A stretch of 24,000 nt of DNA from sequence record AP019525.1; one strand, given 5' to 3'. The position numbers were made by a program, and so were the translations under genes. The notes below the pieces were generated by a model, which ran no database searches, was not told where the DNA came from, and saw only the letters and a program-made list of their open reading frames with translations. This DNA comes from Tenacibaculum phage PTm5. Positions 17,701-24,000 of the stretch are shown here, one piece after another (the first letter of the stretch is position 1; each line of letters opens with the position of its first letter).

Positions 17701-17789
17701 ATGTATTAGGTAGTGTTATTGAAAAATATTACGATGAAGAGGGTGGTATGAGATTTATGTTAGGTTCTGAATCAAAAAGAGTGAGTTAA
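14789..17789 (+). CDS. N6-adenine DNA methyltransferase fused to SF2 helicase/translocase, about 1000 aa, broken here by two 1-nt deletions (near 15272 and 15400-15404)
   Basis: MTase: GQFFTPATTAQDVVD, VADLTCGHGSFFNYL (motif I), IINPP (motif IV), then in the next frame NLKFGDMSSQMYVCQKSAELMKPLSLMALIVPKSFLNDEMINKK, then DIERMNEYFNFVGQYALNPKEFKQMGVDYFETKVMFFQRKS. Helicase: GWSMGGGKS (I), LFDEVDEIK (II), CFTGTPTRNN (III), QYFYRAIRFDSEHKTEVHLI (VI-like). 3001 + 2 = 1001 codons. Confidence 0.88.
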
Positions 17790-17790
17790 T

Positions 17791-18557
17791 ATGAAAAATG
17801 ATTTTATAATAGATAGGGTTGGTGAAAGATATTACACAAATCAAGGATATGAAATAGAAATAATAAGATATAATGGGTATTATGATATATCGGTTAAGTT
17901 TCTATCAAGTGGACATGTTGTTGAAACAACATATACATCAATAAAAAATGGAACTATAAAAAATTTGTTACATAAAACGGTAAAGGGTGTTGGTTGTTTT
18001 GGATATGGTGAATATAAATCTAGGAATAAAATATATGATACATGGTTTCATATATTAACTAGGTGTTATTGTGAAAAAACTCATATAAAACAACAACATA
18101 TATTGGATGTAGTGTTGATGATTATTGGCACAATTATCAAAAATTTGCTGAATGGGTGGATGTAGAATATACAAAAAAATGTATCAAAATTGATAATAAA
18201 ATGTACCTTGATAAAGATTTGTTGGTTAAAAATAATAAGATTTATTCAAAAGATACATGTGTTTTTATACCAAATGATGTTAATGTTTTAATAACAAATA
18301 GACGTAACTTTAGAGGCTGTTTACCTATAGGTGTAACTACATCAAAAAATAGGAATAAATATAGAAGTCAGATAAATATATACGGAAAACGTATTGGTTT
18401 AGGGTATTTCGATACACCATTTGATGCATTTAATGCATATAAAGAAGCAAAAGAGAATCATATAAAAGACATTGCTAATAAATATAAAAATGAACCGTGG
18501 ATGTTAGATAAATTGTATAATGCTCTTATGACATACGAGGTTGAAATAACGGATTAA
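17791..18557 (+). CDS. AP2/HNH-like phage protein of about 255 aa, split by a 1-nt deletion between 18074 and 18090
   Basis: IYDTWFHILTRCY ... TTTYIGCSVDDYWHNYQKFAEWVD ... MYLDKDLLVKNNKIYSKDTCVFIPNDVNVLI ... YRSQINIYGKRIGLGYFDTPFDAFNAYKEAKENHIKDIANKY. The middle motif exists only in the third frame before 18156; 767 + 1 = 256 codons. Confidence 0.8.
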
Positions 18558-18582
18558 TTTTTGTAGTTTAAAATATAAGTGT

Positions 18583-18590
18583 TATATTTG
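18583..18590 (+). promoter_or_regulatory. -7 box TATATTTG
   Basis: Upstream 21 nt AAAATATAAGTGTTATATTTG match the 14125 copy. Confidence 0.7.
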
Positions 18591-18611
18591 TAGAGTAAAA
18601 ATCGAAACAAT

Positions 18612-18893
18612 ATGCAAGTAGATATAAAAAATAGTAACGGTATGTACACATACATTTTAGAATGTTCAACAGGCACATGCGCTAAATCACATTCAGAATG
18701 GATTGAAGTTATAGAAACACCATTAACGAAAGATGATATTGAATTTATGATTCTAGAGTCTAAAGATGATTGTGGTGATTATAAAGTATTTGGGTCTTAT
18801 TTTAACTATTATCAATTATTCACACTACATGGTTGGTTATTAAAAAGAAAGCGTTCAATAACAGATATAAATCAGTTAAGAAATGAAGATTAA
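18612..18893 (+). CDS. Hypothetical protein, 93 aa
   Basis: ORF with promoter-like box. Confidence 0.75.
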   Translation: MQVDIKNSNGMYTYILECSTGTCAKSHSEWIEVIETPLTKDDIEFMILESKDDCGDYKVFGSYFNYYQLFTLHGWLLKRKRSITDINQLRNED

Positions 18894-19047
18894 AAATATC
18901 AAATCAAATAAAAGATATTCAGCCTTGGGTACATGTGGTATGAGTAACGGTATTTTATTTGAGGGTGAATTAACAAGTATTGATAGTTGGGGTGCGTATC
19001 TTAAATGTGATAGGGTATTATACACCTATGTAATAAAGACAAACTAA
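18883..19047 (+). CDS. Small hypothetical protein, 54 aa (MKIKNIKSNKRYSALGTCGMSNGILFEGELTSIDSWGAYLKCDRVLYTYVIKTN)
   Basis: Uninterrupted ORF filling a gap, absent from the ORF track. Confidence 0.55.
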   Translation: MKIKNIKSNKRYSALGTCGMSNGILFEGELTSIDSWGAYLKCDRVLYTYVIKTN

Positions 19048-19059
19048 AAGAAATTTAAT

Positions 19060-19896
19060 ATGGACATACTAAGTAAATTAAATTCAATAAAAGTAGAAAA
19101 CTCTTCAAGGATTCCAGTTGATTTATATGATAAACTAACAACATTTAGTGATGTTATGTTGAATGGAATTGACAATGTACAAAAGCATTTAGATTACCTT
19201 AATGTATATGACCAATGTTCAGAAAAGTATTTTGATAAAACAATTAGTGACCTTGAATATAAAATAAAGTCCTTTAAGATAAACTTCATAACAGACTGTA
19301 TTAATTCAATCGAAGCTAGATATTTTATCATGGTTAAGCGATTACACCATAGATATTCTTCATATTCTACTGATTTATTAAAGCAATTTAAAAACGAGAC
19401 ACCAACCATTGAAAGTATCTTAGATATTGTATTTGAATATACAGAGGGTGTATCATTGGAAGAGTTCGAAAAGAAAAGAGCAAAAGAAAAGTTCTTTAAT
19501 GAACTTGATGACCGTTGGCAAAAACCATTAGCAACATTTACAAAGAGTGGTGTTGTAACATTACCTGAGTATATATACATTCATAATGATGGGTATATTC
19601 ATTCTAATGGTCGTTTTAGAAGTTGTGATGTATATGATATAAAATTACTATATCGTGTATTAAATCTGTTCGAGAATGATTCCATTGAATTATGGGATGA
19701 TAAACAAAATATAAATGAATTTGAATATGATAACTATGTTAATCCACTTGCTGGTAAAACAGTAATTGAGAATGATACGTTATTATCCGAGTTCAACATA
19801 AGTAAAAAAGGAACAATTAAATTAAGATTCAAAGAAAAGGAAAATGCTAATAAGTTTTTTCACTTCTTTAACCTACACAAAACCACAAATAGATAA
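19060..19896 (+). CDS. Hypothetical protein, 278 aa, paralogue of 20195-21121
   Basis: N-terminal DILSKLNSIKVENSSRI / SLLDKFSAVEVKNVNRL; C-terminal VIENDTLLSEFNISKKGTIKLRFK / VVGDDIVEYYHLNQSGALKIKFR. Confidence 0.75.
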   Translation: MDILSKLNSIKVENSSRIPVDLYDKLTTFSDVMLNGIDNVQKHLDYLNVYDQCSEKYFDKTISDLEYKIKSFKINFITDCINSIEARYFIMVKRLHHRYSSYSTDLLKQFKNETPTIESILDIVFEYTEGVSLEEFEKKRAKEKFFNELDDRWQKPLATFTKSGVVTLPEYIYIHNDGYIHSNGRFRSCDVYDIKLLYRVLNLFENDSIELWDDKQNINEFEYDNYVNPLAGKTVIENDTLLSEFNISKKGTIKLRFKEKENANKFFHFFNLHKTTNR

Positions 19897-19897
19897 C

Positions 19898-20114
19898 ATG
19901 AAAAAAATTAGTATTACTTATCACATTATTAGTATTATCAACAGCATGTGACCCAATTACAGAGCATGGCAAAGAAATGCAAAAAATGGAATTAAAGGAA
20001 CGTCAACTGGAATACTTAGAAAAGTTATATCGTATAAAAAGTGACATAAACCACAAACTATTAATGAAAGAATTGGATAGTTTGGAAAATGATATTCTAA
20101 AAAAGTATAAATAA
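19898..20114 (+). CDS. Putative small lipoprotein of about 71 aa, hidden by a homopolymer length difference at 19901-19907
   Basis: With the A7 run read as A6: MKKLVLLITLLVLSTACDPITEHGKEMQKMELKERQLEYLEKLYRIKSDINHKLLMKELDSLENDILKKYK*; lipobox LSTAC. Confidence 0.7.
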
Positions 20115-20139
20115 TATTGTGTATTAAAAATTCATTTCT

Positions 20140-20147
20140 TATATTTG
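20140..20147 (+). promoter_or_regulatory. -7 box TATATTTG
   Basis: Matches TAnnTTTG in the intergenic region. Confidence 0.65.
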
Positions 20148-20161
20148 TAGGGTAAAACGGT

Positions 20162-20176
20162 GATGGTTAAACCATC
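20162..20176 (+). promoter_or_regulatory. 5'-UTR hairpin GATGGT-TAA-ACCATC
   Basis: 6-bp stem, 3-nt loop, 18 nt before the ATG at 20195. Confidence 0.6.
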
Positions 20177-20194
20177 CATTAAAAACAAAATAAA

Positions 20195-21121
20195 ATGAGT
20201 TTATTAGACAAATTTAGTGCAGTTGAAGTAAAGAATGTTAATAGATTAAATGAAGAAGATTTAGAGTATGTTAACAAAAAAAGTTCTGAATATAAAAGAA
20301 TCCTAGAATATAACAACAAATTACATTCAGCATTAAAGACCGTTCTTGATTCAAATATTGATGAATATAAAGAAATTTCATTCCACACAAAACCTTATCA
20401 CACTTATGTACATAACAGCAATGATAGTTTAGGTTTAATTAGAAAAGATATATCGAACTTACATTACCATTATATTGGTGATATTGTTGGTTACTTTACT
20501 AAGAAGTATAATATTACTTGTGATGCTGAAAATTTCGAAATCATACCAAACTATAAGAGAAGCGATTTATATAACCACAAAGCGTATCCTGAGTATTCTT
20601 ATCACGGTTCAGAAAAGAGGTTCGAGAATATAGAAAATGTTGTTGTTGATTATAATGATATTATTGATTATTTATTCAAACACACAGACATGGTAAGTTT
20701 CGACCAACACAAAAAAGAGTCAAGTGTTGCATTATTAAAAGATATGTACCGTGCAGATTCACACCGTGCAGATATTAAGGTAGCAAAGAATGGTAGTGTA
20801 CAAATGCCAACATTTATGTCATGTCCTGAGTATCGTAAATTCGAGAGTGAGAATACAAATAAAGTAACATCACTTAGTGTGGTACTTGAACAAGTTTATT
20901 ATGAATGTGGTTCTATGTTCAACGATAAGCTATCACCAAGCGCATTTAAAGACACTTTTTGTGTTGGTAAACCATATAGCCCAAATATTTCTGAACAGCA
21001 CTCAAAACACGTTGTTGGTGATGATATAGTAGAGTATTACCACTTAAACCAAAGCGGTGCTTTAAAAATCAAGTTCAGAAACGCTCAAATTAGTTCAAAG
21101 TTCATTAATAAAATTAAATAA
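20195..21121 (+). CDS. Hypothetical protein, 308 aa, paralogue of 19060-19896
   Basis: ORF; similarity as above. Confidence 0.8.
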   Translation: MSLLDKFSAVEVKNVNRLNEEDLEYVNKKSSEYKRILEYNNKLHSALKTVLDSNIDEYKEISFHTKPYHTYVHNSNDSLGLIRKDISNLHYHYIGDIVGYFTKKYNITCDAENFEIIPNYKRSDLYNHKAYPEYSYHGSEKRFENIENVVVDYNDIIDYLFKHTDMVSFDQHKKESSVALLKDMYRADSHRADIKVAKNGSVQMPTFMSCPEYRKFESENTNKVTSLSVVLEQVYYECGSMFNDKLSPSAFKDTFCVGKPYSPNISEQHSKHVVGDDIVEYYHLNQSGALKIKFRNAQISSKFINKIK

Positions 21122-21148
21122 CGCGATACATAATTAAAATAAAATTTG

Positions 21149-21156
21149 TATATTTG
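21149..21156 (+). promoter_or_regulatory. -7 box TATATTTG immediately upstream of ATG 21161
   Basis: Matches TAnnTTTG; the implied leader is very short. Confidence 0.5.
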
Positions 21157-21160
21157 CTTT

Positions 21161-21885
21161 ATGAAAGATAATAATTCACACAAAATACCATTTAAAGATT
21201 TACCAAAAAAAGCTGTAAATGGTACTGTTGTTTTTAATAATGTTTTTTACACAATAACCGCAGTAAATTCTGTTGAGTTCGTTGCTAGAAGGGTAAAGAT
21301 GTTTTCACCAATTTAACAAAACATTTACACCCATATGGTAAAACTGGAATGATTGATAAGTTTGGTAAGGATGTACCTTTCTTTATTTTCAAAAAAGATA
21401 CACCGAGAAAGGATACACCAAAAGAACAAATAGAAGGAACGCCATTTAATGAGGTTGTTACCACAAGTGTTGAATCAATCAGAAAAGCTAACCTAACAAA
21501 CCACATTGTACAAATTGGTGATTCTAAAGAGGGTGGTTTTGTTACTGCTGATAATGGTACTGAGGTTATTGTTAAGTTAAAGAATGGATTATTAAGAAGA
21601 ATTAATAAAAGTTACCTACACTATCAAAAGGTGTGGTATACAAAAAAGAATTACAAAAGGTTGTGGTTTAAGTATATTTCTAACCAAGAGTTACCATACA
21701 ACGAACCAAAACTACAAACAAAGGGCAATCCATTTAAAGAATATAAAGAACTATTATCAAGGTTTGATAAAGATTATATTATGACTGATGACCCACGTGT
21801 TAGAAAGTATCAAGAACAAATACATGACCAAATGAATGTTCTTTGGAATAAGTTAACACCAAAACAAAAACAAAAATTAAGTTAA
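21161..21885 (+). CDS. Hypothetical protein of about 241 aa, split by a 1-nt deletion at GGG 21291-21293
   Basis: MKDNNSHKIPFKDLPKKAVNGTVVFNNVFYTITAVNSVEFVARR / GKDVFTNLTKHLHPYGKTGMIDKFGKDVPFFIF... 725 + 1 = 242 codons. Confidence 0.65.
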
Positions 21886-21900
21886 CACCATCAACATATT

Positions 21901-22029
21901 ATGAAAGAAAATACTTTACATATAAACAAACCTTCTAAGGCATTATTGTCTTTTCTAGATAAGCTTAAGGAAGATAAAAGAAAGACTAAAGAAGATTTAA
22001 GAAATAATAAACATCTTTATTTTAAATAA
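21901..22029 (+). CDS. Small Lys-rich protein, 42 aa (MKENTLHINKPSKALLSFLDKLKEDKRKTKEDLRNNKHLYFK)
   Basis: Uninterrupted ORF in a gap. Confidence 0.45.
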   Translation: MKENTLHINKPSKALLSFLDKLKEDKRKTKEDLRNNKHLYFK

Positions 22030-22047
22030 AACTTCTTTTCTTTTTTA

Positions 22048-22322
22048 ATGGATAAAATTTTCCCTTTACCTCATCTAAGGTTAATAAATATCTGATTAAA
22101 TTCAGTGTTTTTGTAGGAAATCACTCATCAAACATTCAAGTAATTGATTTAGTTTTTGAGCTTGTAGAACAGAAAGAAGAAAATATTTCTTTTGTTGATT
22201 TGTTTAAAATTTCTAAGTTGATATTGAACTATCTATTGACACATGATGTCGTTCTTTATTATTATTGTGATACAGAATTAGGGTTTCCAAAACAATTATA
22301 CAAATGGAAAATCTATTATTAG
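22048..22322 (+). CDS. Hypothetical protein of about 91 aa, split by a 1-nt deletion at TTTT 22058-22061
   Basis: Adding one T gives MDKIFPFTSSKVNKYLIKFSVFVGNHSSNIQVIDLVFELVEQKEENISFVDLFKISKLILNYLLTHDVVLYYYCDTELGFPKQLYKWKIYY*. 275 + 1 = 92 codons. Confidence 0.65.
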
Positions 22323-22558
22323 GAGTAGTTATTATTTTTATTTCTGAGTATTTATATTCAGTATACCAAAAGAAACAAAATGATAAGCGTGATGAGGCGT
22401 TAGTTAGTATTATTGAAAATATTATGACTGATGAAACGCTTGACCTTGATACAAAAATCTCAAAATCTTTTGAGTTATGTATACAAAAAGGTGAAGTATC
22501 TTCTATGGCTTATGAAATGATTGATATATTTAGTAAAACCGTTAACCAAAACAAATGA
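22304..22558 (+). CDS. Small single-pass membrane protein, 84 aa
   Basis: N-terminal hydrophobic LLLGVVIIFISEYLYSVY. Confidence 0.65.
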   Translation: MENLLLGVVIIFISEYLYSVYQKKQNDKRDEALVSIIENIMTDETLDLDTKISKSFELCIQKGEVSSMAYEMIDIFSKTVNQNK

Positions 22559-22845
22559 CAGAAGTAACAAACTTCAATGATGAAGTAAAAAACAATGAGA
22601 AGCCAGTATTAGTTGATTTTTATGCTAATTGGTGTATGCCATGTAGAATGTTAATGCCAGTTCTTAGTACAATTGATTCTGATGAATTTGATGTTAAGAA
22701 AGTAAACATTGAAGACCATGCAGATGTTGCACGAGAGTATAATGTACGTTCAATTCCTTCTTTAATTTATATTAAAGATGGTGTGTCATATCCTATTCGT
22801 AGCAGAACCAAACAAACAATATTAGAAGAAATCGAAATGTTATAA
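22555..22845 (+). CDS. Thioredoxin
   Basis: VLVDFYANWCMPCRMLMPVL active site WCxPC, cis-Pro loop VRSIPSLIYI. Confidence 0.93.
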   Translation: MTEVTNFNDEVKNNEKPVLVDFYANWCMPCRMLMPVLSTIDSDEFDVKKVNIEDHADVAREYNVRSIPSLIYIKDGVSYPIRSRTKQTILEEIEML

Positions 22846-22875
22846 AAAATTGCACCCATGGGTGCAATTTTTTTT
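22844..22875 (+). terminator. Intrinsic terminator AAAAAATTGCACCC/ATGGGTGCAATTTTTT
   Basis: Perfect GC-containing stem plus T-tract. Confidence 0.88.
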
Positions 22876-22896
22876 GTTTATCTGAAATACTTTCAT

Positions 22897-22904
22897 TATA
22901 TTTG
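22897..22904 (+). promoter_or_regulatory. -7 box TATATTTG
   Basis: Between the terminator and the ATG at 22922. Confidence 0.65.
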
Positions 22905-22921
22905 TCATATAAATAAAAGAT

Positions 22922-23067
22922 ATGGTAACAATTTATAACGTAGAAGTAGTTTCTGATTGGGTAAATAACCCAATAGAGGTTATGCAAAAATTCTTGATAA
23001 CGCAATCAAGGAAGTAAATAAAAAAAGTAACAATACAATTAGATTAACCGTAAAAGATATAAAGTAA
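22922..23067 (+). CDS. Small hypothetical protein of about 48 aa, split at the A5 run 22986-22990
   Basis: Adding one A gives MVTIYNVEVVSDWVNNPIEVMQKILDNAIKEVNKKSNNTIRLTVKDIK*. Confidence 0.6.
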
Positions 23068-23551
23068 TGAGTGTAGATACAAACTTATATGTAAGAGTAA
23101 CCGAAGAATCAAAACTAAAGGTATTACAAACAGTTAATAAAGCCGTTAAGGAATGGTATTTAGCTGGAAAGCGTAAAGCACATAAAGAATCTAAATATAG
23201 CGACAAATCAATGTTATGTTGGATGTTCCGTGATGAAGTAAAACCACTATGGAAAGGTGTGGAAACATACACATATAACTTTGAAACATTCACCATCAAC
23301 TATAAATTTAATGGCGAACATAGGTCTATATTTTTATGTTTTTCACATTCATATAAAGATGAAATTGGTGATTTTGAAAAGTTATATGTTAGTTGGGTAT
23401 GTCAGGTAATACAAGACTTCCAGTATTTGGTGCAATTATTGAGGCACTAAGAGAAGCTAAATACGAACAATGGTTCATCAATAATGATTGTGATGATAAC
23501 ACACCACCACATTTCGTAGATGATAACTTTAAAATTTCTGATTATGAATAG
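23067..23551 (+). CDS. Hypothetical protein of about 161 aa, apparent frameshift near 23399
   Basis: ...DFEKLYVSWV / MSGNTRLPVFGAIIEALREAKYEQWFINNDCDDNTPPHFVDDNFKISDYE*; 485 + 1 = 162 codons. The second part could instead be a separate gene. Confidence 0.6.
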
Positions 23552-23912
23552 ATGGTTCAAAGACTTCCAAACAAATAATACATTTGATAAAATATTCACA
23601 TGGGTTGTTGTATTAATAATAATGGTTGTTGGTTTAGTTGTAATTACATTCTTTAAAAAGGATGATTTATACTACGAGAACACTTTTATATTTGAAATAC
23701 AATATACTGATGGTATGGTAGGTACTGATACAATAAAAACGGTAACAGTATATAGGAATGGAATGCACCACTTTTATAATGGATGTCTATATGTAGAGGA
23801 ATCATATGCAGGTGGTCAAGGGAATAAACCAACATCTAAAATATGTGGTGTTAGGCGATATAAATTAGTTAGACGAAATTCAAAAATAATACAAAATGTT
23901 ACAAAAGATTAA
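23544..23912 (+). CDS. Membrane-anchored hypothetical protein, 122 aa
   Basis: Hydrophobic segment IFTWVVVLIIMVVGLVVITFF near the N-terminus. Confidence 0.7.
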   Translation: MNRWFKDFQTNNTFDKIFTWVVVLIIMVVGLVVITFFKKDDLYYENTFIFEIQYTDGMVGTDTIKTVTVYRNGMHHFYNGCLYVEESYAGGQGNKPTSKICGVRRYKLVRRNSKIIQNVTKD

Positions 23913-24000
23913 AAAGTTCTTTAGGCAGTTATTTATGACTGATATTGAGCGAATGTTTGATGACCGTAGATATGTTGTTAAACTTGTGAGCAAGTTAATT
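23896..24000 (+). CDS. N-terminal fragment of a hypothetical protein (MLQKIKKFFRQLFMTDIERMFDDRRYVVKLVSKLI...)
   Basis: Open to the window edge. Confidence 0.45.
   Translation, partial: MLQKIKKFFRQLFMTDIERMFDDRRYVVKLVSKLI

Noticed and set aside
15417-17789. Helicase ORF as an independent gene starting at 15417
   Set aside because: Its first 40 or so residues read as the C-terminal end of the methyltransferase domain, and the intervening frame contains the missing MTase segment; a single interrupted gene explains this better.
19194-19580. Minus-strand 128-aa ORF
   Set aside because: Antisense to the paralogous gene 19060-19896, with no promoter-like signal on that strand.
1-24000. CRISPR array, retron, transposase or IS element
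   Set aside because: No regularly spaced direct repeats, reverse transcriptase motifs, transposase motifs or terminal inverted repeats were seen.

Overview
The window is an AT-rich, densely packed, entirely plus-strand block of small genes. It is best read as part of a large tailed-phage genome (or phage-derived element) infecting a Bacteroidota host. The host guess rests on repeated TATATTTG boxes matching the Bacteroidota -7 consensus TAnnTTTG directly upstream of transcription units. Recognisable genes: (i) a single 1318-aa polypeptide carrying an Mre11/SbcD-like nuclease domain and a complete Rad50/SbcC-like ATPase with CPTC zinc hook; (ii) an N6-adenine methyltransferase fused to a superfamily-2 helicase, split in this sequence by two 1-nt frameshifts; (iii) an AP2/HNH-like phage protein directly downstream, also split; (iv) a thioredoxin; (v) two small lipoproteins, one visible only after correcting a homopolymer; (vi) two pairs of diverged paralogues. 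A recurring signal is a set of 1-nt frameshifts at or near short homopolymers. Most adjacent 'broken' ORFs restore to one intact ORF when one base is added. This points to unpolished long-read consensus errors, although programmed slippage cannot be excluded from sequence alone. Other observations: five hairpin/T-tract terminators (one overlapping a stop codon), a covarying 5'-UTR hairpin found twice at the same distance from the start codon, a candidate structured RNA at 13891-14070, and a repeated TAATATG gene-junction signature.
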